Shown: positions 20,058 to 34,495, numbered from the stretch's first letter. The stretch: 38,586 nucleotides of DNA from Vibrionaceae bacterium (GCA_051654185.1 JBOFXO010000191.1:1-38586); one strand, 5' to 3'. The notes: a model not told the origin generated them from the sequence alone. Program-made: numbers and translations.

Positions 20058-20636
20058 TCACACTCGCGAATTAAGAAAAGTGAACAGCCGTTGATCCATA
20101 GCAATGTCATGCAACACCACCTCTAACAACTTTGTCAGCTCAGTTTGAATATCTGCAGCGCTTGCTTGAAAAATATGTGTTTTATTTGCGTTACCAGAAT
20201 AACGTTTCACAAAGGTTTTTTGACCTTTCTTTGCGGTAATTTCTAATACAACGTTGCTATTTAATTTATACGAAAAAATATTTTGCTCGCCGGTTGTATA
20301 AGCTTGGATCAGCGCAATTTGCACTGAAGACCCTGATTGCCCTTGCGTAAAAGAAAAGCCTTGAGCCGTTAATTGCTCAGTTAATTTATCTTTAACCATT
20401 AAGCGCAAATTAGTCGCAGTGCCTAGCAAGATATTTTTATCTTTGCCTTTTTTCATTTGCGCAATAACAATTGTTTTGCGCTGATCAATTGCTTTAATTT
20501 GCAAAGGCGCAGAAATTACCGTTTCTTTATTACTGACTAACAAAGGCTTTGGATCAATCGTAAGTAAACTTTTTGGATTAAGTGAACAGCCACTTAAGAA
20601 AAAAAGCACTCCCGATATCAAAAAAATAGCTTTCAT
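20058..20636 (-). CDS. yajG: YajG-family lipoprotein
   Basis: Lipobox LSGC, ~190 aa, IDQR motif, position between nqrA and ampG; divergent and AT-rich. Confidence 0.7.
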   Translation of the reverse strand: MKAIFLISGVLFFLSGCSLNPKSLLTIDPKPLLVSNKETVISAPLQIKAIDQRKTIVIAQMKKGKDKNILLGTATNLRLMVKDKLTEQLTAQGFSFTQGQSGSSVQIALIQAYTTGEQNIFSYKLNSNVVLEITAKKGQKTFVKRYSGNANKTHIFQASAADIQTELTKLLEVVLHDIAMDQRLFTFLNSRV

Positions 20637-21269
20637 TTTCAGCGATCCTTGTATAAAAAATCTACAACATCATAATAACATTACGGATAACATTATTTAA
20701 CACATACAGACCGCTAAGTTTAATTATTGCTACTTTTTATTTCATAATTCACAAACTGTCACAGTTTTACCGGCAGCTATACAAAGAGTTGTTAATTAAC
20801 AAAGGTTTTCTTTCTTTAAAAAGTGGTGAAAAATCACCCAACATTAAATGGTCAATTTAAATACAAAACCATACAGTCAAATATTTCTCTTTTAAAATAA
20901 ATTATTCATCATTCTTATATCAATATTTTTTATTTTCCCTTCATTCAATCAATTTATTTTTTATCTTTTGTTACTTTTAATTAAAACCGTCTATTTTTTA
21001 CGCTCTGATGCACACAGCAATTTTTGTACATAAAATTTTTAACTCATCATTGATAAATTTTCCTGATCGTTATTGTTTATTTCTTTTTTCGCAAACTTTT
21101 TAAGTCCATTCACAAAACTTTGGCATAACAAAGTAGGCGCGGTGCTTTTTTGATCCTGCTTCATAATGAGTGTGACAGGCTATTTTTACTCGCCGCTGTG
21201 CCATGGAAATATAAATCTAAGCAAGGTAGCATAGCAGCCCATTTACCATCATGATAAGAACACCTCGCT

Positions 21270-22652
21270 ATGCCCTACTTTGTGCGCTCTTGCCACTCTA
21301 CCGTCACCCGCTACTGGGACAAACGATTGCTGTGGGTCTTTTTTCTTGGCTGCGCAAGCGGATTTCCTTGGCTTTTGATTGGCTCTAACATGTCAGGCTG
21401 GCTCAAAGACTCGGGGCTTAGCCGCACCGCCATTGGCCTTTTTGGATCCATTTTTATTGTCTATGCGCTTAACTGGCTATGGGCTCCACTGCTTGACCGG
21501 GTAAAACTGCCCTTTTTTTATAAGCACTTTGGCCAGCGGCGCAGCTGGATCTTACTCATGCAATTTACCATGCTCGGCTGCACCCTTTTGCTTGCCAGTA
21601 CCGAGCCAAGCAAAGAGCTGTGGCTAACCTTGCTCTTAGCATTCACCATTGCGATCGCCTCAGCAACGCAAGACATTGCTATAGACGCCTTTCGTATCGA
21701 CAGCTTTCAAGCACACGAGCGCGATAAATTGCCGCAAGCTGCCGCCATGTCGGTGATTGGCTGGTGGACCGGTTACAGCCTGCCTGGCTACTTTTCCTTC
21801 TCTAATGCCGAAGTTTACGGCTGGAATGGGATCTACTACAGCATGTGCGGATTTATTGTGCTGCTGATCTTGTTCACTCTTAGCACCAAAGAGCCCACCA
21901 CAGATCGCGAAGCGCTGCAGCAGCACGCGCAAAACCAATACGCCGAGCGCTTAAACAAAAACGGCACTCATTTTAAAGTATGGCTGAGCGTCACCATCAT
22001 TGAACCCTTCGCCGATTTTTTCCGCCGCAACGGGGTAAAAGCTGCGCTACTGCTGCTGCTGTTTGTCTTTTTATTTAAAATTGGCGAAGCCTTTTTAGGG
22101 CGTATGTCGATTGTTTTTTATAAAGATATCGGTTTTAGCAATGAGCAAATTGGCTACTATTCCAAGCTGTTAGGTTGGGGGATCACAGTCCTTTTCACGC
22201 TGTTAGGCAGCGCTATCAATATTCGTTTTGGCATTGTGAAAGGGTTACTGATCGGCGGCCTTGCGATGGCGGGCAGCAATTTAATGTTTGCCTTGATTGC
22301 GCAAGTAGGCCCTAATGAGCACCTTTTATTGGCTACCATCATTGTCGACAATTTCACGAGCGCTTTTTCTACCATCGCCCTCGTGTCATTTTTAACCTTT
22401 TTGACCGGACGGGCTTTTTCTGCGACTCAATACGCGCTGCTCGCTTCGTTAGGCAATCTTGGCCGCACCACCTTTTCTTCATTCAGCGGCTCGCTGGTCG
22501 ACTGGCTTGACGCAAGCGCATTCGCCAAACTGTTTCCGGCAATCAACTCATGGTCAGTGTTTTTTGTTATTACCACGCTGATGGTGATCCCAAGCCTGCT
22601 CATGATCTGGTCACTCAGAGGCCATTTTTCTCAGCTCACGAAGGAAGAGTAA
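21270..22652 (+). CDS. ampG: AmpG-family muropeptide MFS transporter
   Basis: LGCASGFP, WLWAPLLDR, SATQDIAIDAFRI, FSATQYALLASL. Confidence 0.93.
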   Translation: MPYFVRSCHSTVTRYWDKRLLWVFFLGCASGFPWLLIGSNMSGWLKDSGLSRTAIGLFGSIFIVYALNWLWAPLLDRVKLPFFYKHFGQRRSWILLMQFTMLGCTLLLASTEPSKELWLTLLLAFTIAIASATQDIAIDAFRIDSFQAHERDKLPQAAAMSVIGWWTGYSLPGYFSFSNAEVYGWNGIYYSMCGFIVLLILFTLSTKEPTTDREALQQHAQNQYAERLNKNGTHFKVWLSVTIIEPFADFFRRNGVKAALLLLLFVFLFKIGEAFLGRMSIVFYKDIGFSNEQIGYYSKLLGWGITVLFTLLGSAINIRFGIVKGLLIGGLAMAGSNLMFALIAQVGPNEHLLLATIIVDNFTSAFSTIALVSFLTFLTGRAFSATQYALLASLGNLGRTTFSSFSGSLVDWLDASAFAKLFPAINSWSVFFVITTLMVIPSLLMIWSLRGHFSQLTKEE

Positions 22653-22663
22653 ATTTTAAAACT

Positions 22664-22690
22664 AAAAAAGCAGCCAATGGGCTGCTTTTT
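22664..22690. terminator. Intrinsic terminator after ampG
   Basis: AAAAAAGCAGCC-AATG-GGCTGCTTTTT. Confidence 0.85.
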
Positions 22691-22912
22691 ATTTTTCCGC
22701 TTTACTGATCATATCTGTCATCTCATCTCGAAGCTTAACAGTGTCTAATGCGCCTTACGTCTGGCTATATAGCGATCCAAGAAACCGTTCAAATAGCAAT
22801 CACCATTTAAAACTGCCGGCAGGCCCTAAATCGCTTTGATCATCCTTAAAAAAGCTTAGCTCAATCTTATAACTAAAGGCTCTTACCTTAAATAACAGGC
22901 AAAGGCAAACGA

Positions 22913-23329
22913 CTAGTTACTGTTTTCACCTTCAACTTGGCTGCTTTTTCCCTTGCCCCTTTTGAGCAGAACCTGCTCAGATTTTGGTTTTGCAACCACT
23001 TTGTTGGTACAGTTATAAGCATTGGCTAGCATAGTAACTGAATTTTCAAACGACATCGGCTTGTACAAATACAAGGTATCGCCACCGCGCGCCACCACTT
23101 TGATACGCATTTCGTTAAGCGAGCTATTGATCATCGTATCATTGCCAAGCAGCCACGCATCCCAAAAATGACCCGTAGAGCCAGTCACAGGGCCTATCAG
23201 CTGACAACCGCTGACTTTGCTATAATCATCCCAAAGAACATTAACTTGGCGCGACTCCACTGTCGGCAAAGTAACACAACCGGCTAGCGACAAAGCGCCA
23301 GCAGCACACAATAATTTAACTAAATTCAT
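22913..23329 (-). CDS. DUF4156-like lipoprotein
   Basis: Lipobox LAGC, C..IG.VTGS.GH...W...N..M...LNEMR......GGDT and a final AYNC Cys pair. Confidence 0.7.
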   Translation of the reverse strand: MNLVKLLCAAGALSLAGCVTLPTVESRQVNVLWDDYSKVSGCQLIGPVTGSTGHFWDAWLLGNDTMINSSLNEMRIKVVARGGDTLYLYKPMSFENSVTMLANAYNCTNKVVAKPKSEQVLLKRGKGKSSQVEGENSN

Positions 23330-23433
23330 TCTATGAATAACTTCGCAAGTTTATATAAAGCAACCATTTTAATATTCATGCAAACAAATGCAACGCATTA
23401 ATATATTTAAATATTTTAGGATTAGAGAATGTA

Positions 23434-23946
23434 ATGACTGATTTCAAAAGCAATATTGTCTACATTGATCTGCTGTTTATCATAGAAAACTTACTCCCCG
23501 GCAAGCGCAATGTTGCTTTACTGCGACGTAACCAAAACTTAGTTCCCGTGCGCACGCTAACACTGAGCGTTTATGATTCGGTTTCTGCGCTGCAGCTGGC
23601 GCTTTACAAGCATTGTCCTAATTACGCCGCCTTTGCCTGCGGCAAACCGCTTGCCGACGATTATGCTATCGACGGCAAAGATGAGCATATTTTTGCCGCA
23701 ACCGAAATTGTCGCCCATTTTATTCGTGGCGCTTATTGGTGGGTTGAGCATTACCTTAACACTTACAAAGAAGAGTGGAGCGAGGCACAAAAAAATCGCT
23801 GGCAGCGCGACTTTAAACTTTTAGTGCAAACCATTATCGGCATTGGTAATTGTCAAAAAGCAAGCTGGCTTATTGATAACCACCATGTGATCAAATCTCT
23901 TACATTTCATTCGCATGCGATCCCTTTTTTGCAGCATTATGATTGA
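23434..23946 (+). CDS. Hypothetical protein (no family recognised)
   Basis: 170-aa ATG ORF that fills the gap between two known genes, with an AGGA/GAGA purine-rich upstream region and genome-like codon usage. Confidence 0.65.
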   Translation: MTDFKSNIVYIDLLFIIENLLPGKRNVALLRRNQNLVPVRTLTLSVYDSVSALQLALYKHCPNYAAFACGKPLADDYAIDGKDEHIFAATEIVAHFIRGAYWWVEHYLNTYKEEWSEAQKNRWQRDFKLLVQTIIGIGNCQKASWLIDNHHVIKSLTFHSHAIPFLQHYD

Positions 23947-24117
23947 GAAACAAACCGCGTTTACTGCTGGTAAACTTTATCCATTTACGCGGTTTTGGCT
24001 TGTTTTTTTCCGCCTGACCCATACTATAGTGACAAAACCTGTGTGCAAATATTGGCGCTTTAACGTAAACAAAGTGCTGTTTTGCAAGTTTAGCCACTTC
24101 AATAAAGGAGCTTTGAT

Positions 24118-26804
<2,687 letters not shown>

Positions 26805-26922
26805 CTAGTAAATTTTGTGAATATAGTTCAAGCAGTTATATTAAAGATGCTTGAGATAGCCCGCGCTCAATAGTAAGGTATGCGCCGGCTTTACTCGTTA
26901 TTTTTTGATCTCGATTAAATAA

Positions 26923-28233
<1,311 letters not shown>

Positions 28234-28255
28234 TTTTTACGTTTCCTTAAACGAC

Positions 28256-28281
28256 AAAAGCGGCTTTTTAGCCGCTTTTTT
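28256..28281. terminator. Bidirectional intrinsic terminator (eno/perM)
   Basis: AAAAGCGGCT-TTTT-AGCCGCTTTTTT. Confidence 0.85.
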
Positions 28282-28308
28282 ATATCTCATAATTTGAAAA
28301 TTTGGCTG

Positions 28309-29373
28309 TTATTCATGGCTACTAGCAGGTTCACTCGGCAGCGCATTGATCACAGCTTTCACTAACGTCGCAAGTGGAATGGCAAAAAACACCCCCCAAA
28401 AGCCCCATAGGCCGCCAAAAATCAGCACCGCTAAAATAATCGCAACCGGATGCAAATTCACCGCTTCAGAAAACAGTACCGGTACCAATACATTGCCGTC
28501 CAACGCTTGAATAACCCCATACGCAAGCATCAAATAACCAAGCTCTGAGCCAAATCCCCACTGAAATAGCGCCACCACAAACACAGGTATGGTCACCATC
28601 ATCGCGCCGACATAAGGAATTAGCACCGATAAACCATTTAATACCGCAAGCAATACCGAGTAGCGCAGATCAAGCAGCGCAAAGGTGGCATAGCTTACAA
28701 TGCCGACAATCACAATTTCTAGCACCTTGCCGCGAATGTAATTAGACAGCTGCTGATCCATTTCGCGCCCGACGCGATTGGTTAATTTTCTGTTGCGCGG
28801 CAACAAATTACCCAACATTTTGAGCATCAAATCTTTATCTTTTAACAAGAAAAAGGCCAGCAAAGGAACAAGGATCATGTAGACCAAAATCGTTGCGATC
28901 CCCGCTAAAGAAGAGAGCGAACCTTTGACCATATTTTCAACAAAGCCAAGCACATAACTTTGCACATTGCCCATCAGCAAATTCACCATTTCTGGCGCGA
29001 TAAGATCAGGGTATTGCTCAGGTAAACTTGCGACCGTTCGCTGCAGATCGCTAAGCATGGTCGGCACGTCAGCGCTCAAGCTCAAAAGCTGCTGCCAAGA
29101 GGTGGGCAATAACCCCAGCACTAAAATCAACATAATGCCAATAAAGAGCAGCATCACAAACGAAACCGCCGCTAACCGTGGTAAACCCGCGGCTGTAAAC
29201 TTACCGACCACCCCTTCTAACAAATACGCCAGCACCATCGCCACTAAAAAAGGGGTGATCACGTGACCGAAAAAGTAGATGATCACAAAGCTTATCAGTA
29301 GCATAGCAACCAAGCTGACAGCATCAGGATCAGACAAACGGCGCTTATACCACCCAACCAACATATCGTACAT
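28309..29373 (-). CDS. perM: AI-2E family transporter (PerM)
   Basis: WYKRRLSDP, NYIRGKVLEI, LDGNVLVPVLFSEAVNLHP, FWGVFFAIPLA; divergent from bepA as in enterobacteria. Confidence 0.9.
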   Translation of the reverse strand: MYDMLVGWYKRRLSDPDAVSLVAMLLISFVIIYFFGHVITPFLVAMVLAYLLEGVVGKFTAAGLPRLAAVSFVMLLFIGIMLILVLGLLPTSWQQLLSLSADVPTMLSDLQRTVASLPEQYPDLIAPEMVNLLMGNVQSYVLGFVENMVKGSLSSLAGIATILVYMILVPLLAFFLLKDKDLMLKMLGNLLPRNRKLTNRVGREMDQQLSNYIRGKVLEIVIVGIVSYATFALLDLRYSVLLAVLNGLSVLIPYVGAMMVTIPVFVVALFQWGFGSELGYLMLAYGVIQALDGNVLVPVLFSEAVNLHPVAIILAVLIFGGLWGFWGVFFAIPLATLVKAVINALPSEPASSHE

Positions 29374-29712
29374 TTTAAACCCTACATCTCTTAACTAGCC
29401 ATCAAAACAGCAACCGCAAAAACAGCGCAACCAAGCCTAAGCTAATAGTGAAATTTCTTTTTAAACCAATATATTAAGCTCAATCATACTGGGCTTTCTA
29501 TTTTGCATGCATAGATTGTAAAACTAAATCTAATTCGCTCGTAAATAACATACAGACACCGCAAAGTCGCAATTATATTCATCCCGTTAACATTTTATTT
29601 TTTTGCATTCTTTAGCCAACTTCTACACACTAAAGGCATTGTCGCAGGCAAGTGCAAAGCGGCCCACCTTATCTTGTGTCACCTATACAAAGCTCGTCAG
29701 CGGAGGAGCGCC

Positions 29713-31170
29713 ATGTCCATACTAAAAAAAAGTTTGCTTAGCCTTATTATCGCAGCTTTACCTGCGCTTTCGGCGGATAACAATTTTAGCTACGATCAGC
29801 TGCCAAGCATTGGCACCATCGCGACAAGCACGCTGAGCATCGATAAAGAGGTGGCGTACGGTGACGCTTACATGCGCATTTTGCGTGCTCGCGAGCCTAT
29901 CGTTAATGATCCGGTTTTAAGCAATTACATCAACGCATTAGGTGCGACATTAGTCAACAGCGCTCAAGATGTGAAGACCCCCTTTCATTTTTTTTTAGTA
30001 CAAAAAAATGAGATCAACGCATTTGCCTTTTTTGGCGGTCATATTGGGCTTAACACAGGACTTTTCTACCATGCGCAAAGTGAAAGCGAGCTTGCTTCGG
30101 TCATGGCGCATGAAATCGCGCACTTAACGCAGCGCCACCTTGCGCGAGCAATGGAAGATCAAGCGCGTAAAAGTGCCTTGACCACAGCGGCGCTTATCGG
30201 CTCGGCGCTGCTCGCTGTCGCAGCCCCACAAGCTGGGGTTGCCGCTTTTCAAACTACCGCGGCCGCCTCTTTGCAAGATAAGATCAACTACACCCGCGGC
30301 AATGAGCAAGAAGCCGATCGCATCGGCATGCAAACGCTTGCTAAAGCTCGCTTTGATCCACAAGCCATGCCGTCATTTTTCATGCGCATGGCCGATCAAT
30401 ACCGTTTTGCAAGCAAACCGCCGCAGCTTCTATTAACGCACCCGCTTCCCGACTCGCGGATCACAGAATCACGCAATTTAGCCAAGCAGCACGCGCCGCG
30501 AAGCCTTGCGCACTCACGATCATTTTTATTGGCGCAGGCGCGTATTGTTGCCCGCCATCTTAATTTAACTAACGCACAAGCGCTTGATTGGTTTGATAGG
30601 AAGGCAAAAAAAGCCCCAGCGGCGGTTGTTAATGCCGCAAATTATGGCAAGGCTTTAATTTATATCGATAAAAAGCAGCCAAGCCAAGCACTCGCGCTGC
30701 TACAGCCTCTGCTTAACAGCGATCCGAGCAACCTTTTTTATCTCGATGCCATGACAGATCTTGATGTCAGCCAAAAACGCTATACGCCAGCCATCGCGCG
30801 TCTAGATCAAGCGCTGCAAATGCAACCAAACGACCCTGTATTACAGGTTAATCGCTTGTATACCTTGATCAAATCGGGCAACTACTCACAAGCGCAGCGC
30901 GGGCTGCAGCGCTACACCTATGCGTTTCCAACCGATCTGATTGGCTGGGAGCTTTTGCAAGAAACCTATGAAAAACAAGGAATTGAACATGGGGCGCTCG
31001 CCGCACAAGCAGAGCAACTCGCGCTGCGCGCGCAGTGGGATCGCGCGATAAAAAATTATGTCAAAGCGGCGAATTTGCTAAAAACGGGGAGCCTTGATCA
31101 AGCGCGCTATGATGCGCGCATCGACCAACTTCAGGCTGAAAAAATACGTTTTACCGCGCTAACACGCTAA
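29713..31170 (+). CDS. bepA: Beta-barrel assembly-enhancing protease (M48 + TPR)
   Basis: Signal peptide, INAFAFFGG, AHEIAHLTQRH, EQEADRIG, THPLPDSRI, TPR-like C-half. ATG at 29713 after GGAGG. Confidence 0.94.
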   Translation: MSILKKSLLSLIIAALPALSADNNFSYDQLPSIGTIATSTLSIDKEVAYGDAYMRILRAREPIVNDPVLSNYINALGATLVNSAQDVKTPFHFFLVQKNEINAFAFFGGHIGLNTGLFYHAQSESELASVMAHEIAHLTQRHLARAMEDQARKSALTTAALIGSALLAVAAPQAGVAAFQTTAAASLQDKINYTRGNEQEADRIGMQTLAKARFDPQAMPSFFMRMADQYRFASKPPQLLLTHPLPDSRITESRNLAKQHAPRSLAHSRSFLLAQARIVARHLNLTNAQALDWFDRKAKKAPAAVVNAANYGKALIYIDKKQPSQALALLQPLLNSDPSNLFYLDAMTDLDVSQKRYTPAIARLDQALQMQPNDPVLQVNRLYTLIKSGNYSQAQRGLQRYTYAFPTDLIGWELLQETYEKQGIEHGALAAQAEQLALRAQWDRAIKNYVKAANLLKTGSLDQARYDARIDQLQAEKIRFTALTR

Positions 31171-31178
31171 GCACCTTT

Positions 31179-32471
31179 TTAAGGGCGCCACACATAGCGA
31201 AGCGGCGTTGGAGAGGGTGGCGTCGCCGTTAGATCAGAAGCCGTTATATTAGGTGATATAGCAGACGGTGCCGCCGTTTCTGGCAATATTTCAGGCTCAC
31301 CTTGATTTGCTGCTGCAGAAGCTGCCGTATTTGGCGCAGGCACGACAAGCTCGTCAACTGATGCGTCAGCTGGCAGCGCTAAATCCTCGCTTGCCACAAA
31401 CTCTTGCTCGAATTGAGTCAATGCTAAGGCCTGCGGCGCAGAGGTTTGCAACAGCGCTTTTGCAGCATCACTCTCGACAGCAAAAGTTGGCGCTAGCTCT
31501 TCACTAGGCAGCGCTTGCAGATTTGCATTTAACGCAAGCTCCGAGGTAAATTGCGCCTGTGAGGTCACCAATTTTACGGTAAATGAAACTTCGTCTTTTT
31601 GAATGGCGCGCAGCTGCGCAGAAGCAACGCTGCCCATCTGTTTTAAGCTGCTTTCTAATTTGAAAATTTCAGCTGCAGCGGTGATCCCTGAAACTTGCAG
31701 CAAGTATTCGCGCTCATGCACCGCATCGCTAAGTACAATGGCGGACGTAGAAAAGTAATGATCAGCAATCTCATCAATCAATTTTTCAAATGAAGATAAA
31801 TCAACACCTTGCGCACTATTTTGCAAAGGCGCACTCTGCTCTAGCCCATCAGGATAAAAAGACCACTCGATTTTATCGGCAAAAACTTTCACTACAGCCC
31901 AACTTGCAATAGCGTAGCGCGCACTCGCTTTACCAATGATCGGATTAAAGTTGTCCCACACATCGCGTGCATTAATAACGCTTAAATCGTCGATGTCGCC
32001 AAGCGGCAGCACCACCGGCAGGCCACGCTTGATCCCCGCTTTTTTTAACAGCTCGACTTGCTCAGCCGCTGACTGCTCCCACAAGATAGACTTGTCTTCG
32101 GCGTTGATCACCCAAAACAACACTTCTTGGCGAGGTAACGGCCAATAATGAGCCTGCAACTGGCTAAGCAGCGTTTGAATTTTTTTCTCATCGAAATTAA
32201 AGGTAGCCACGCGGCCGCTAGATTCTTGCGCCACGCTGACATCATTGATGTAAGGCGCAGGTTTGGCCAAAATTTTGGCAACCTGTGGATCATCCACTAT
32301 TTTTTTGTTGCCTGAAACGCGCACCAAAACTTCTTGAAAAGCCTGCGGTTTTGCCTGCAGCTCTAATGCATCCTTTGTCTGCGCCAAATTTACGCGGACC
32401 TGATAAAGATCAAAAGCGTGCAACGAGAAAGACCAAGACAGCAGCAAAGTGAAAAATGTTTTTTTCATCAT
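31179..32471 (-). CDS. DUF2066-family periplasmic protein
   Basis: Signal peptide, LYQ, VLVRVSG, W..PR..VLFW, RGLPVVLPLGDIDD. Ala/Pro-rich tail ending LRYVWRP. Start reset to 32471. Confidence 0.8.
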   Translation of the reverse strand: MMKKTFFTLLLSWSFSLHAFDLYQVRVNLAQTKDALELQAKPQAFQEVLVRVSGNKKIVDDPQVAKILAKPAPYINDVSVAQESSGRVATFNFDEKKIQTLLSQLQAHYWPLPRQEVLFWVINAEDKSILWEQSAAEQVELLKKAGIKRGLPVVLPLGDIDDLSVINARDVWDNFNPIIGKASARYAIASWAVVKVFADKIEWSFYPDGLEQSAPLQNSAQGVDLSSFEKLIDEIADHYFSTSAIVLSDAVHEREYLLQVSGITAAAEIFKLESSLKQMGSVASAQLRAIQKDEVSFTVKLVTSQAQFTSELALNANLQALPSEELAPTFAVESDAAKALLQTSAPQALALTQFEQEFVASEDLALPADASVDELVVPAPNTAASAAANQGEPEILPETAAPSAISPNITASDLTATPPSPTPLRYVWRP

Positions 32472-32587
32472 TATGTATCCATTATTCAAGGACAACGCCT
32501 GCCGTACTGCTGCCAGGCCTTTAGTGAAATATTTTTGCGTGCAAGGCAACAGCGCGTAACTTAACGCTCACCTCGCACTTAATAGCG

Positions 32588-33214
32588 TTATTTGGTGCCA
32601 AAAATTTTATCTCCGGCATCACCGAGCCCTGGAAGAATATAACCATTTTCATTTAAGCGGTGATCGATTGACGCCGTATACAGCTCTACATCAGGGTGCT
32701 TTTGCGACAGCGCTTCAATCCCCTCGGGCGCTGCGACCAACACGAGCACCTTGATCTGACGACAGCCGTGCTCTTTAAGCAGATCTAAGGTCGCAATCAT
32801 CGAGCCGCCGCTTGCAAGCATCGGGTCGACAACTAGCGCGATACGCTCAGATAAGTCACTGGCCAATTTGTGAAAATATGAGACGGGTTGTAAGGTTTTT
32901 TCATCGCGATAAATACCGACAACGCTGATCCTTGCCGCCGGAAGATGCTCAAGCACACCGTCCATCATGCCAAGACCTGCGCGCAAAATGGGCACTACCG
33001 TGACTTTTTTACCTTTGAGCTGATCAACTTCAACCACGCCATTCCACCCTTGGACGGTCACTTTTTCAGTCTCAAAATCCGCCGTCGCCTCATAGGTAAG
33101 CAAACTGGCCACTTCATTGGCTAATTCACGAAATTGCTTGGTGGTGATCCCCTCTTGACGCAGCAGCCCTAACTTATGGCGGATCAAAGGATGCAAGATT
33201 TCAATCACTTTCAT
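32588..33214 (-). CDS. upp: Uracil phosphoribosyltransferase
   Basis: [42 protein letters not shown]. Confidence 0.98.
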   Translation of the reverse strand: MKVIEILHPLIRHKLGLLRQEGITTKQFRELANEVASLLTYEATADFETEKVTVQGWNGVVEVDQLKGKKVTVVPILRAGLGMMDGVLEHLPAARISVVGIYRDEKTLQPVSYFHKLASDLSERIALVVDPMLASGGSMIATLDLLKEHGCRQIKVLVLVAAPEGIEALSQKHPDVELYTASIDHRLNENGYILPGLGDAGDKIFGTK

Positions 33215-33413
33215 CGTTGATTCTCATTGTTAATGGATAATCGCTACAATATACCATTATCAAGAGGCCCCTTTTAGTGAAAATGACGCTATTTTTCTGA
33301 TCATTGCAACCAAGCTGCTGTTTTTACTAGCAAAGCTTGCGCTAAATGCTGCTAGCAGCACGCAGGCAAAGCTTTACTTCCGACATAAACCGCAGCTGCT
33401 GTGTCCTTCGCGG

Positions 33414-33998
33414 CTAAGCGTGGTTTTCCATCTCTTTTTCAATCAGCATGATCATAATGTGGATAATTTTGATATGCACTTCTTGGATCCTGTCAGCATA
33501 AGCAAAAGCGGGCACGCGGATTTCAATGTCAGCAAGACCTGCCATTTTGCCGCCATCTTTGCCCGTCAGCATGATGGTTTTGATCCCTTTTTTCTTAGCC
33601 GCATCAATTGCCTTTAACACGTTAGCGGAGTTGCCTGACGTCGATAAACCTAGCAGCACGTCGCCTTTAGCGCCAAGCGCTTCAACATAACGCGAAAAAA
33701 CAAAATCGTAGCCAAAATCATTGCTCACACAAGAAAGATGGCTTGGATCGGCAATCGCAATCGCCGGTAGCGCTGGGCGATTTTCACGGTAGCGCCCCGT
33801 CAGCTCTTCGGCAAAATGCATCGCATCACAATGCGAGCCGCCATTTCCGCAAGAAAGCACCTTACCACCTTGCTTAAAAGCTGCCGCTAACAATTTTGCT
33901 GCAGCCTCAATTTGGGCAATATTGTGCGGATCAGCCATAAAATCAGCTAACGTTTTCGCAGCCTCTTGCAGCTCTTGCTTGATCAAATCTTGATACAT
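33414..33998 (-). CDS. gmhA: D-sedoheptulose 7-phosphate isomerase
   Basis: [43 protein letters not shown]. Start reset to 33998. Confidence 0.97.
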   Translation of the reverse strand: MYQDLIKQELQEAAKTLADFMADPHNIAQIEAAAKLLAAAFKQGGKVLSCGNGGSHCDAMHFAEELTGRYRENRPALPAIAIADPSHLSCVSNDFGYDFVFSRYVEALGAKGDVLLGLSTSGNSANVLKAIDAAKKKGIKTIMLTGKDGGKMAGLADIEIRVPAFAYADRIQEVHIKIIHIMIMLIEKEMENHA

Positions 33999-34144
33999 AA
34001 CAAACACTCCTTGCTCTTTAATTGCAAGCAGTATACGCAAAAGCACAAAGCCTTGTCGATCACAGCCCTGCTCCTTTTCTGCAAGCTGCCTCGCAGGTTA
34101 TGCTCAATAGCCGCCGCGTAAAACTGCTGCAATTTTTGCAAAAT

Positions 34145-34495
34145 TTACGCAAATTTACTGCGAAAGGCAAAATAGACCGCGCCAAGCAAACACAAGCCTG
34201 ACCACAAATAATCAAGCTTAAGCGGCTCGCGCAGGTAAAACACAGAAAAAGGCACAAATACCGCTAAAGTGATCACCTCTTGCAAGATCTTAAGCTGCCC
34301 GACGTTTAATGCGGTGTAGCCAATGCGGTTAGCCGGCACTTGCAATAAGTATTCAAACAATGCAATCCCCCAGCTAAAAAGGGCTGCGATGATCCAAGGC
34401 TTATTATTTAACTCTTTTAAATGCGCATACCATGCAAAGGTCATGAAAACATTACTGCAGACAAGCAAACTAATAGAGACAACGAGAGGGTTCAT
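34145..34495 (-). CDS. Small DMT-superfamily membrane protein (DUF486-like)
   Basis: SNVFMTFAWYAHL, SWGIALFEYLLQVPANRIG, QLKILQEVITL; four TM segments. Confidence 0.88.
   Translation of the reverse strand: MNPLVVSISLLVCSNVFMTFAWYAHLKELNNKPWIIAALFSWGIALFEYLLQVPANRIGYTALNVGQLKILQEVITLAVFVPFSVFYLREPLKLDYLWSGLCLLGAVYFAFRSKFA

Noticed and set aside
19828-20094. 88-aa Lys-rich plus-strand ORF
   Set aside because: Low-complexity product of AT-rich DNA that overlaps the yajG end. It does not resemble BolA or any family I recognise.
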